DNA of 64,000 nucleotides from Mycobacterium sp. (GTDB lineage Bacteria; Actinomycetota; Actinomycetes; Mycobacteriales; Mycobacteriaceae): NCBI RefSeq assembly GCF_004298145.1, contig NZ_SCRH01000030.1, positions 68,526 to 132,525 of the forward strand, read 5' to 3'. Shown piece by piece: positions 47,055 to 55,933 of this stretch (position 1 is its first letter; each line of letters starts with the position of its first letter). The notes under the pieces were generated by a model. It saw only the letters and a program-made list of their open reading frames with translations, ran no database searches and was not told where the DNA came from. The position numbers and the translations under genes were made by a program.

Positions 47055-47974
47055 CGGAGCCGGACGGTGCCGATCGCTTCGACCCCGCGCTGCGCGCGGC
47101 CGCGAGCATGCGCACCGACTTTTCTTCGGCCGCAATCCAACTCACCCGTGGACCGTTCGACGAACGCCGCCGTCTCACCGCCGGGCAGACCGATGCGCGC
47201 GAGGTCCGGATCGCCGAGGACAACGCCGCCGGCGTCGGGGTGCGCATCTATCGCGGCGGGCCCGAGCCGGCGCCGGTCGTTGTTTATTGCCACGCCGGCG
47301 GTTTCGCGCTGGGAAACCTCGATACCGATCACCGCCAGTGTGTGGAGCTAGCCCGCCGCGCCCGCTGCACGGTGGTGTCGGTGGACTATCGGCTGGCGCC
47401 GGAACACCCCTATCCGGCCGCGCTCGAGGACGCGAGCGCCGTGCTGCGCTGGGTGGCCGCCGACGCGGCCGCGCTCGGGGTGGATCCGGCACGACTGGCC
47501 GTCGCGGGCAGCAGCGCCGGCGCCGCCCTGGCCGCCTGCCTGACGCACGGCGCCGCCGACGGCTCGTTGCCGCCGGTGGCTTTTCAGCTGCTGCACCAGC
47601 CGGTGCTCGACGACCGGGCCACCCCGTCGAAGGCGGAATTCCGCACCAGTCCCGCCTTCGACGGCGAGGGCGCCGACCTGATGTGGCGCCACTACCTGGG
47701 CCCGGCGGCCGGGTCGGCGGCCATGGTGCCCGCCCGGCGAACCGGATTTGCCGGTCTACCACCGGCTTTGATCACCTGCGCCGAGATCGACCCGTTCCGT
47801 GACGAGGCCATCGACTATGCGCAGCGGCTACTGCACGCCGGAGTCTCGACCGAGCTGCACGTGTTTCCGCGCGCCTGCCACGGCTTCGATTCACTGCTGC
47901 CGGAATGGCCCGGCTCGCAACGATTGTTCGCGCTGCAGGGCCACGCCCTGTCGTGCGCGTTGCACGGCGGCTAA
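47051..47974 (+). CDS. HSL-family esterase/lipase (alpha/beta hydrolase)
   Basis: HAGGF oxyanion motif, VDYRLAPEHPYPA, GSSAG nucleophile, DPFRDE, HGF. Confidence 0.9.
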   Translation: MTEPDGADRFDPALRAAASMRTDFSSAAIQLTRGPFDERRRLTAGQTDAREVRIAEDNAAGVGVRIYRGGPEPAPVVVYCHAGGFALGNLDTDHRQCVELARRARCTVVSVDYRLAPEHPYPAALEDASAVLRWVAADAAALGVDPARLAVAGSSAGAALAACLTHGAADGSLPPVAFQLLHQPVLDDRATPSKAEFRTSPAFDGEGADLMWRHYLGPAAGSAAMVPARRTGFAGLPPALITCAEIDPFRDEAIDYAQRLLHAGVSTELHVFPRACHGFDSLLPEWPGSQRLFALQGHALSCALHGG

Positions 47975-49083
47975 CCGTCGAACCTGATGAGCTGGCGCAC
48001 CGCCGTGCCCGCGGCCAGATGGTCCATCGCCTCGTTGATGTCGTCGAGCCGGATCGTCGAGGACACCAGTGATTGCACCGGCAGCCGGCCCGAGCGCCAC
48101 AGCTCGACAAACCGGGGAATGTCGCGGCTGGGCACCGCCGAGCCGAGATAGCTGCCGATCAGCGAGCGGCCCTCGGCCACAAACCCCAACGGCGACACGG
48201 TGATCCGCGCGGCCGGCGGCGGCAGGCCGACGGTGACGGTCCGCCCGCCCGGCGCGGTCAAACCGATCGCGGTCTCGAGTGCGGCGGGATGGCCGGCGGC
48301 CTCGACGACCACGGCCGCCTTCACGTGCGCGTCGGCGGCCTGCCGCGGCGTGTACGCCTCGTGGGCACCCAGGCCGCGCGCGGCCGCCAGCTTGTCGGGC
48401 AGCTGATCGACGGCGACGACGCGCACGTCGTCATAGGTGAGCGCGGTGAGCAGCGCCGCCATCCCGACGCCCCCCAGCCCGACGACGGCGACCGTCTGGC
48501 CCGGTCGCGGATGCCCCACGTTGAGCACCGCGCCGCCGCCGGTCAGCACCGCGCACCCCAGCAGCGCGGCGACGTCGGCCGGCACGTCGGGTGGCACCGC
48601 GACCGCGCTGGCCCGATTGACGACCGCCCGCGTCGCGAAGCCCGAGACCCCGAGGTGGTGATACACCGGCCGGCCGGCGCGGCTCAGCCGAACATCGCCG
48701 CCCAGCAAGGTGCCCGCGCCGTTGGCGGCGCTGCCCGGCTCGCACGGCGTCAGGCCTTCGGTCGCGCACGCCGCGCAGTGGCCGCACCGCGGCAAGAACA
48801 CCAGCACCACCCGCTGGCCGACGGCCACATCGCCGACGCCGGCACCGACCTGTTCGACGATTCCGGCGGCCTCATGACCGAGCAACATCGGCACCGGGCG
48901 GACCCGGTTGCCGTCGACCACCGACAGGTCGGAGTGACAGATGCCGGCCGCCTCGATGCGGACCAGGATTTCGCCGCGCCCCGGGGGCGCGAGGTCGAGG
49001 TCGCTGATGCTGATGGGCCGCGACTGCGCGTAGGGCCGGGGTGCCCCGATGCGCTCCAGTACCGCGCCCCGAATTCCGGACAT
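47971..49083 (-). CDS. adhE1: Zinc-dependent alcohol dehydrogenase AdhE1
   Basis: GICHSD, GHEAAG, CGHCAAC...C, GCAVLTG, GLGGVG; synteny with Rv0162c. Confidence 0.88.
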   Translation of the reverse strand: MSGIRGAVLERIGAPRPYAQSRPISISDLDLAPPGRGEILVRIEAAGICHSDLSVVDGNRVRPVPMLLGHEAAGIVEQVGAGVGDVAVGQRVVLVFLPRCGHCAACATEGLTPCEPGSAANGAGTLLGGDVRLSRAGRPVYHHLGVSGFATRAVVNRASAVAVPPDVPADVAALLGCAVLTGGGAVLNVGHPRPGQTVAVVGLGGVGMAALLTALTYDDVRVVAVDQLPDKLAAARGLGAHEAYTPRQAADAHVKAAVVVEAAGHPAALETAIGLTAPGGRTVTVGLPPPAARITVSPLGFVAEGRSLIGSYLGSAVPSRDIPRFVELWRSGRLPVQSLVSSTIRLDDINEAMDHLAAGTAVRQLIRFDG

Positions 49084-49097
49084 GCTGGAATACAACC

Positions 49098-49574
49098 ATG
49101 GCCTCGGCTCCAGCAGTTCCCCCCGCTCCGGACGGGTTGACCAGCAGCGACTTCCCGGTGCTGTGGCCGGTCGGGACGCGGTGGGCCGATAACGACATGT
49201 TCGGCCATCTCAACAACGCCGTCTACTACCAGTTGTTCGACACCGCGATCAACGCCTGGATCAACACCAGTACCGGGCTGGACCCGATCACCACGCCCGC
49301 GCTGGGCATCGTCGCCGAGTCGGGCTGCCGCTACTTCTCCGAACTGCACTTCCCCCAGAACCTCGCGGTGGGCCTGGCCGTGACACGGCTGGGCCGCAGC
49401 AGCGTCACCTACCGGCTGGGCGTCTTCGAGTCCGGAGCAGGCCCAGCGCGGCGGATCACCGCGCTGGGGCATTGGGTCCACGTCTACGTCGACCGGGTCA
49501 CCCGCAAGTCGGTCCCGATTCCCGACCCCATCCGGTCCCTGCTGTCGACGGCCCGCGTCGGCGAATCGAGCTAG
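49098..49574 (+). CDS. 4HBT-type acyl-CoA thioesterase (Rv0163-like)
   Basis: RWADNDMFGHLNNAVYY motif. Confidence 0.9.
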   Translation: MASAPAVPPAPDGLTSSDFPVLWPVGTRWADNDMFGHLNNAVYYQLFDTAINAWINTSTGLDPITTPALGIVAESGCRYFSELHFPQNLAVGLAVTRLGRSSVTYRLGVFESGAGPARRITALGHWVHVYVDRVTRKSVPIPDPIRSLLSTARVGESS

Positions 49575-49630
49575 GCCCCCCAGATAGCGGCCTGCGCTGG
49601 GGTTTTCGCTCACCCCGTTATGCTGCGCGC

Positions 49631-50071
49631 ATGCCAGTCTTGAGCAAGACCGTCGAAATCGGCGCCGACGCCGCACTGATCATGAAGATCGTCGGCGATT
49701 TCGAGGCCTACCCGCATTGGAACGAGGAGATCAAAGGCCTCTGGGTGCTTGCCCGCTATGACGACGGCCGGCCCAGTCAGCTACGGCTCGACACCGATTA
49801 CCAAGGCATGCAGAGCATGTTCATCCAGGCCGTGTACTACCCGGGGGAAAACCAGATCCAGACCGTCTTGCAGCAAGGCAACCTGTTCACCAAGCAGGAG
49901 CAACTGTTTTCCGTGGTGGCGATGGGCCCGTCGAGCCTGCTGACGGTGGACCTGGACGTCGAAACCTCGATGCCGGTCCCGGCGCCGATGGTCAAGCAGC
50001 TCCTCAACAACGTCCTCGACCACCTCGCCGAGAGCCTCAAGCAGCGCGCCGAGCAGCTGTCCGCGAGCTAG
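49631..50071 (+). CDS. SRPBCC/polyketide cyclase protein TB18.5 (Rv0164-like)
   Basis: D.E.YP.WN..IK; TATGCT -10 6 nt before ATG (leaderless); synteny. Confidence 0.85.
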   Translation: MPVLSKTVEIGADAALIMKIVGDFEAYPHWNEEIKGLWVLARYDDGRPSQLRLDTDYQGMQSMFIQAVYYPGENQIQTVLQQGNLFTKQEQLFSVVAMGPSSLLTVDLDVETSMPVPAPMVKQLLNNVLDHLAESLKQRAEQLSAS

Positions 50072-50073
50072 GG

Positions 50074-50203
50074 GCCGCGCTCGCGATCGCCGCGGGGCTG
50101 ATGGCGGCGACCCGCTTCGCCCGGCTTCGCCGCGCTCGCGATCGCCGCGGGGCTGATGGCGGCGACCCGCTTCGCCCGGCTTCGCCGCGCTCGCGATCGC
50201 CGC
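50074..50203. repeat. 55-bp tandem repeat, about 2.4 copies, hairpin-forming, between convergent genes
   Basis: Unit GCCGCGCTCGCGATCGCCGCGGGGCTGATGGCGGCGACCCGCTTCGCCCGGCTTC at 50074 and 50129, 20-bp partial copy at 50184; GCGGCGA...TCGCCGC arms. Confidence 0.92.
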
Positions 50204-50895
50204 TATTCGAATATTCCGGTGCGGTCGCGCAGCTCGGTCAGCCGGGCCGCCGCGTCGGTGAACTGCCACACGGTGTGCTCGATTACCGCCGCGGTGTCGC
50301 GCCGGCGCAGCGCGGCGATCAGCTGCCGATGGTTGTCGACGGCGGCCTTGCCCCAATGCGGATCGGCGGCGTACACCAGCACCGGCATGTAGCGGGCGGC
50401 GTTGAGCAGGAACCAGGCCAACTTGATTCGGCCGCTGGCCTGGTTGAACACGCGGTGGAACGCGAATTCGATGCCCGCGATGGTCTCGGCGTCGCTGGAC
50501 CCGACGGCCGCGGCGAGCGAATCATTGATGCGGTCCAGCTCGTCGATCTGGGCGTCGGTGATGTGATCGGTGGCCGCGACCGCCAACTGTTTGGCGATCG
50601 AGGCCTGCAGCCAGAAGATGTCCTCGATGTCTTGGTGGGTGAGCGGCAACACGACGTGACCGCGGTGCGGTTCGAGTTGCACCATGCCCTCACCGCGCAG
50701 CTTCAGCAGGGCTTCCCGCACCGGGGTGACGCTGACACCGAGCTGGGCCGCGGTCTCGTCGAGCCGGATGAACGTTCCCGGACGCAGCGTGCCGGACATG
50801 ATCGACGCCCGCAGATGGCCCGCGACCTCGTCGGACAGCTGAGCCCGCCGCAGCGGCCGCCGGCTCCTCGGCTGCATAGACATCGGTGCGTTCAC
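50203..50895 (-). CDS. mce1R: GntR/FCD family repressor Mce1R
   Basis: LRRAQLSDEVAGHLR, LGVSVTPVREAL; divergent from fadD5. Confidence 0.92.
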   Translation of the reverse strand: MNAPMSMQPRSRRPLRRAQLSDEVAGHLRASIMSGTLRPGTFIRLDETAAQLGVSVTPVREALLKLRGEGMVQLEPHRGHVVLPLTHQDIEDIFWLQASIAKQLAVAATDHITDAQIDELDRINDSLAAAVGSSDAETIAGIEFAFHRVFNQASGRIKLAWFLLNAARYMPVLVYAADPHWGKAAVDNHRQLIAALRRRDTAAVIEHTVWQFTDAAARLTELRDRTGIFE

Positions 50896-51077
50896 AGGGG
50901 CTGCCAGGGCTTTCAGTGGCTCGGTCGGATGGAGTTCAAGCTTTGACGGGGCTGGACGAGGGCTTGTCGAGGACTTGTCAGTGGACCATCAAAGCCATAG
51001 TGTGACCCACACAACACCATGTTTTATCAAATATCAACCTGGCGCAAGCGGTGCGCGAGTGAAGGGAAGTGTTGAGT

Positions 51078-52673
51078 TTGACCGCGCAATTGGCAAACCA
51101 TCTGACACGCGCGAACGAGCAGCCGTACCTGGCCCGGCGGCAAAACTGGGTGAACCAACTCGAACGGCACGCGCTGATGCAACCGAAGGCGGCGGCGCTG
51201 AGGTTCCTGGGCAAGACTCTGACCTGGGGTGATCTGCGCGGCCGGGTGGCGGCGCTGGCCGACGCGCTGAGCCGCCGGGGTGTCGGTTTCGGCGACCGGG
51301 TCATGATCCTGATGCTCAACCGCACGGAGTTCGTCGAGTCGGTGCTGGCCATCAACATGCTCGGCGCCATCGCCGTGCCACTGAACTTCCGGCTCACCGC
51401 GGCCGAAATCGCCTTCCTGGTGCAGGACTGCGAAGCGCGCGTCGTCGTCACGGAATCGGTGCTCGCTCCCGTGGCCACCGGGGTACGCGACATCGAGTCG
51501 CTGCTCGGCACGATCGTGGTGGCCGGTGGCTCGACCGACGACGGCGTGCTGGGTTACGAAGACCTCATCAACGAGACCGGGGAGCCGCACCAACCCGTCG
51601 ACATCCCGAACGACTCGCCGGCGTTGATCATGTACACCTCGGGCACCACCGGCCGGCCGAAGGGCGCCGTGCTCACCCACACCAATCTGACCGGCCAGAC
51701 GATGACCGGGCTCTACACCAACGGCGCCGACATCAACAGCGATGTCGGGTTCGTCGGTGTGCCGTTCTTCCACATCGCCGGTGTCGGCAACATGCTCACC
51801 GGGGTGTTGCTCGGCATCCCCACGGTCATCTACCCGCTCGGCGCGTTCGAGCCCGGGCAACTGCTCGACGTGCTTGCCGCCGAAAAGGTCACCGGGATCT
51901 TCCTGGTTCCCGCGCAGTGGCAGGCGGTCTGCGCCGAACAGAAAGCACACCCGCGCGACCTGAAATTGCGGGTGATGTCGTGGGGGGCCGCGCCGGCGCC
52001 CGACGCTTTGCTACGCGAGATGTCGGCGACGTTCCCCGGCACCCAGATACTGGCCGCGTTCGGCCAGACGGAGATGTCCCCGGTCACGTGCATGTTGCTG
52101 GGCGAAGACGCCATCCGCAAACGTGGCTCGGTCGGCAAGGTGATCCCCACGGTAGCCGCCCGCGTGGTCGACGAAAACATGAACGACGTGCCCATCGGTG
52201 AGATCGGTGAAATCGTCTATCGCGCACCAACTTTGATGAGCGGCTACTGGAACAATCCGGAGGCCACGGCGGAGGCGTTCGCCGGCGGCTGGTTCCACTC
52301 CGGCGACCTGGTCCGCATGGATGAGGACGGCTACGTGTGGGTGGTCGACCGCAAGAAGGACATGATCATCTCCGGCGGTGAGAACATCTACTGCGCCGAG
52401 GTGGAGAACGTCCTGGCCAGCCACCCCAGCATCGTCGAAGTCGCCGTCATCGGCCGGGTCCACGACAAGTGGGGTGAGGTGCCGATCGCGGTCGCCGCTG
52501 TCGCGGGCGACAATTTAGGGCTCGACGAGCTGGACGAGTTTTTGACCGAGCGGCTGGCGCGCTACAAGCACCCCAAGGCGCTCGAGATCGTCGATGCGCT
52601 GCCGCGCAACCCGGCCGGCAAGGTGCTCAAGACTGAACTGCGGATCCGCTACGGAGTCGCGAAAATCGACTAA
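51078..52673 (+). CDS. fadD5: Fatty acyl-CoA synthetase FadD5
   Basis: YTSGTTGRPKG, FGQTEM, WFHSGDL, DRKKDMIISGGENIY, PRNPAGK; start TTG 51078 or GTG 51069. Confidence 0.93.
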   Translation: MTAQLANHLTRANEQPYLARRQNWVNQLERHALMQPKAAALRFLGKTLTWGDLRGRVAALADALSRRGVGFGDRVMILMLNRTEFVESVLAINMLGAIAVPLNFRLTAAEIAFLVQDCEARVVVTESVLAPVATGVRDIESLLGTIVVAGGSTDDGVLGYEDLINETGEPHQPVDIPNDSPALIMYTSGTTGRPKGAVLTHTNLTGQTMTGLYTNGADINSDVGFVGVPFFHIAGVGNMLTGVLLGIPTVIYPLGAFEPGQLLDVLAAEKVTGIFLVPAQWQAVCAEQKAHPRDLKLRVMSWGAAPAPDALLREMSATFPGTQILAAFGQTEMSPVTCMLLGEDAIRKRGSVGKVIPTVAARVVDENMNDVPIGEIGEIVYRAPTLMSGYWNNPEATAEAFAGGWFHSGDLVRMDEDGYVWVVDRKKDMIISGGENIYCAEVENVLASHPSIVEVAVIGRVHDKWGEVPIAVAAVAGDNLGLDELDEFLTERLARYKHPKALEIVDALPRNPAGKVLKTELRIRYGVAKID

Positions 52674-52933
52674 ATCCATTCTAGGGCAACAGATTTTACG
52701 GCCAGAGAGGAAATTTGATGGGAGCTGTAACGTTTGCCGGTTGTTGGCGAAGGGTTAATTGTGCAGATGCGGTTCACACGTGCTTGGCCATCGGGTACAT
52801 TCCTGTGGTCTCCGTTACTACTTGCCAGTAGGGAGCCGATGGTCACAGACATCAAGTCGGGGCGAGGTGGAGGCGTGCTACACGATCCACCGCGGTGCCA
52901 GGGGGCGCGCGGTGACGGCCAGAGGGGGCAGCG

Positions 52934-53749
52934 GTGACTTCAACGTCGACGAGTCGACGGGGTCCCTACCTGGTCGGCTACCTGCGCGATCAATTGGAGA
53001 CCCCGCTGACGCTTGTCGGCGGCTTCTTCCGGATGTGCGTGCTGACCGGAAAAGCCCTGTTCCGTTGGCCGTTCCAGTGGCGCGAATTCGTCCAGCAGTG
53101 CTGGTTCATCATGAGGGTGGCGTTTTTGCCGACCATCATGGTCTCGATCCCGCTGACCGTGTTGCTGATCTTCACCCTCAACGTCCTGCTTGCACAGTTC
53201 GGGGCCGCTGACCTGTCCGGCGCCGGCGCGGCGATCGGCGCCGTCACCCAGCTCGGCCCGCTGACCACGGTGCTGGTGGTCGCCGGTGCCGGCTCGACGG
53301 CGATCTGCGCCGACCTGGGCGCGCGCACCATCCGCGAAGAGATCGACGCGATGGAGGTGCTCGGCATCGACCCGATCCACCGCCTGGTGGTGCCCCGGGT
53401 GATCGCCGCGACCCTGGTCGCCACCCTGCTCAACGGTCTGGTGATCACCGTCGGTCTGGTCGGCGGCTACTTGTTCGGCGTCTATTTGCAGAACGTGTCG
53501 GGTGGCGCATACCTGGCCACCCTGACCACCATCACCGGCCTGCCCGAGGTTGTCATCGCGACGGTCAAGGCCGCGATCTTCGGTCTGATCGCCGGCCTGG
53601 TCGGGTGCTTCCGCGGGCTGACCGTGCGCGGCGGCTCCAAGGGGCTCGGGACCGCCGTCAACGAGACCGTCGTGCTGTGCGTCGTCGCGCTCTACGCGGT
53701 CAACGTGGTGCTGACCACGATCGGCGTGCGATTCGGGACGGGGCACTGA
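52934..53749 (+). CDS. yrbE1A: Mce1 permease YrbE1A
   Basis: MlaE motif DLGARTIREEIDAMEVLGIDP; N-terminus GYLRDQLETPL. Confidence 0.93.
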   Translation: MTSTSTSRRGPYLVGYLRDQLETPLTLVGGFFRMCVLTGKALFRWPFQWREFVQQCWFIMRVAFLPTIMVSIPLTVLLIFTLNVLLAQFGAADLSGAGAAIGAVTQLGPLTTVLVVAGAGSTAICADLGARTIREEIDAMEVLGIDPIHRLVVPRVIAATLVATLLNGLVITVGLVGGYLFGVYLQNVSGGAYLATLTTITGLPEVVIATVKAAIFGLIAGLVGCFRGLTVRGGSKGLGTAVNETVVLCVVALYAVNVVLTTIGVRFGTGH

Positions 53750-53750
53750 C

Positions 53751-54620
53751 ATGTCAACTACCGCCGTCTTTCGCTCCCGCTTCCCGCGGGCCGCAGAGAA
53801 TCTCAACCGCTACGGCCTTGCCGCGGCGCGGGGGCTCGACGACTTCGGTCAGATGGCGTGGTTCGGTGGCGTGGCCCTGGCGCACATTCCGCACGCGCTG
53901 CGCAACTACCGCAAAGAAACCCTGCGGCTGATCGCCCAGATCGGTATGGGCACCGGCGCCATGGCCGTCATCGGCGGCACCGTCGCCATCGTCGGCTTCG
54001 TGACGTTGTCCGGTAGCTCCCTGGTCGCCATCCAGGGGTTCGCGTCACTGGGAAACATCGGCGTCGAGGCGTTCACCGGATTCTTCGCCGCGCTGATCAA
54101 CGTGCGCATCGCCGCGCCCGTCGTCACCGGTATCGCGATGGCCGCCACCGTCGGCGCCGGCGCCACCGCCGAGCTGGGCGCCATGCGCATCAGCGAAGAG
54201 ATCGACGCCCTGGAAGTGATGGGCATCAAGTCGATTTCGTTTTTGGCGACCACCCGGATCATGGCCGGGCTGGTGGTGATCATCCCGCTCTACGCGCTCG
54301 CGATGATCATGTCGTTCCTGTCGCCGCAGATCACCACGACGGTGCTCTACGGACAATCCAACGGCACCTACGAGCACTACTTCCGGACATTCCTGCGCCC
54401 CGACGACGTGTTCTGGTCGTTCTTGGAAGCCATCATCATCACCGCGGTCGTCATGATCACCCACTGCTTCTACGGCTACAACGCCGGCGGCGGGCCGGTC
54501 GGTGTGGGTGAGGCCGTCGGTCGATCGATGCGTTTCTCCCTGGTGTCGGTTCAGGTTGTCGTGTTGGCCGGCGCGTTGGCGCTCTACGGCGTCAACCCCA
54601 ACTTCGCACTCACGGTGTAA
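53751..54620 (+). CDS. yrbE1B: Mce1 permease YrbE1B
   Basis: ELGAMRISEEIDALEVMGI; follows yrbE1A. Confidence 0.93.
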   Translation: MSTTAVFRSRFPRAAENLNRYGLAAARGLDDFGQMAWFGGVALAHIPHALRNYRKETLRLIAQIGMGTGAMAVIGGTVAIVGFVTLSGSSLVAIQGFASLGNIGVEAFTGFFAALINVRIAAPVVTGIAMAATVGAGATAELGAMRISEEIDALEVMGIKSISFLATTRIMAGLVVIIPLYALAMIMSFLSPQITTTVLYGQSNGTYEHYFRTFLRPDDVFWSFLEAIIITAVVMITHCFYGYNAGGGPVGVGEAVGRSMRFSLVSVQVVVLAGALALYGVNPNFALTV

Positions 54621-54625
54621 CCGCC

Positions 54626-55933
54626 ATGTCAGCACCGATCCAGACCAACGCCCCGCGGACCCCCCCGTACAAGTGGGTCGGGTTGGCGGGCCTGCTGATC
54701 GCCGCGGTGGCCCTCGGACTGGTCTACGGCCAGTTCCGGGGAGACTTCACCCCCAAGACCGAGTTGACGATGCTGGCGTCGCGGGCCGGGCTGGTGATGG
54801 ACCCGGGGTCGAAGGTGACCTATAACGGGGTGGAGATCGGCCGGGTGGGCAAGATCGCGGAGACGGTGCGTGATGGGAAGCCGGCGGCCAAGTTCACGCT
54901 GGAGGTGTATCCGCGCTACTTGAAGCTGATTCCGTCGAATGTGAATGCCGATATCAAGGCGACGACGGTGTTCGGTGGTAAGTATGTGTCGCTGACGACG
55001 CCGGCTCATCCGTCGCCGCAGAAGATTTCGCCGCATACGGTGCTGGATGCGCGGTCGGTGACCACTGAGATCAATACGTTGTTTCAGACGATCACCTCGA
55101 TCGCGGAGAAGGTTGATCCGGTCAAGTTGAATTTGACGCTGAGTGCGGCGGCGCAGTCGTTGGCGGGGCTGGGGGACAAGCTCGGGCAGTCGGTGGTGAA
55201 CGCGAATGCGGTTTTGGATGAGGTGAATCCGCGGATGCCGCAGGCGCGTAAGGATATTCAGCGGTTGGCGGCGCTGGGGGATACATATGCGAATGCGTCG
55301 CCGGATTTGTTCGATTTTTTGAACAATGCGGTGATCACCTCGCGCACCATCAATGCGCAGCAAAAGGATTTGGATCAGGCGTTGTTGTCGGCGGCCGGGT
55401 TCGGTAACACGGGGGCGGAGGTGTTCAACAAGGGCGGGCCGTATCTGGCGCGCGGGGCGGCCGACCTGGTGCCGACGGCCCAGTTGCTGGACACCTACAG
55501 CCCCGAACTGTTCTGCACGCTGCGCAACTATCACGACATCGAACCCAAGGCCGCCGCGTTCCTCGGCGGCAACGGCTACTCGCTCATCACCAACACCGCG
55601 GTGCTGTCCGGGTTGGGGCTGATAGCCAACCCCCTGGGACTAGTCGCCGCCGCCGGGCTCACCCTGGGACTCGGCGCCACGGCCGGTCTGGTCGGTGGGG
55701 CGCCCAACCCCTACATCTGGCCGGAGAACCTGCCGCGGCTGAACGCTCGCGGCGGGCCGGGAGGTGCGCCGGGCTGCTGGCAGCCGATCACCCGCGGTCT
55801 GTGGCCCGCACCCGAATTGGTGATGGACACCGGTAACAGCCTCGCGCCGTACAACCACCTGGAAACCGGTTCGCCCTATGCGATCGAGTACGTGTGGGGC
55901 CGTCAGGTAGGGGATAACACGATCAACCCATGA
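54626..55933 (+). CDS. mce1A: Mce protein Mce1A
   Basis: MCE domain GSKVTYNGVEIGRV, TTVFGGKYV, YVWGRQ.G..TINP. Confidence 0.92.
   Translation: MSAPIQTNAPRTPPYKWVGLAGLLIAAVALGLVYGQFRGDFTPKTELTMLASRAGLVMDPGSKVTYNGVEIGRVGKIAETVRDGKPAAKFTLEVYPRYLKLIPSNVNADIKATTVFGGKYVSLTTPAHPSPQKISPHTVLDARSVTTEINTLFQTITSIAEKVDPVKLNLTLSAAAQSLAGLGDKLGQSVVNANAVLDEVNPRMPQARKDIQRLAALGDTYANASPDLFDFLNNAVITSRTINAQQKDLDQALLSAAGFGNTGAEVFNKGGPYLARGAADLVPTAQLLDTYSPELFCTLRNYHDIEPKAAAFLGGNGYSLITNTAVLSGLGLIANPLGLVAAAGLTLGLGATAGLVGGAPNPYIWPENLPRLNARGGPGGAPGCWQPITRGLWPAPELVMDTGNSLAPYNHLETGSPYAIEYVWGRQVGDNTINP

Noticed and set aside
32132-47974. Catabolic block as an active mobile element or prophage
   Set aside because: No integrase, transposase, tRNA target or flanking direct repeats, and codon style matches the host; old gain or loss elsewhere is equally plausible.
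49781-50356. Alternative frame over the mce1R 3' end resembling the recalled H37Rv-annotated Mce1R tail
   Set aside because: mce1R here is a continuous GntR-FCD ORF. The similarity suggests a frameshift in the reference annotation, not a second gene here.
50101-50946. ORFs beginning MAATRFARLRRARDRR
   Set aside because: They are products of the 55-bp repeat read antisense to mce1R; no independent coding evidence.
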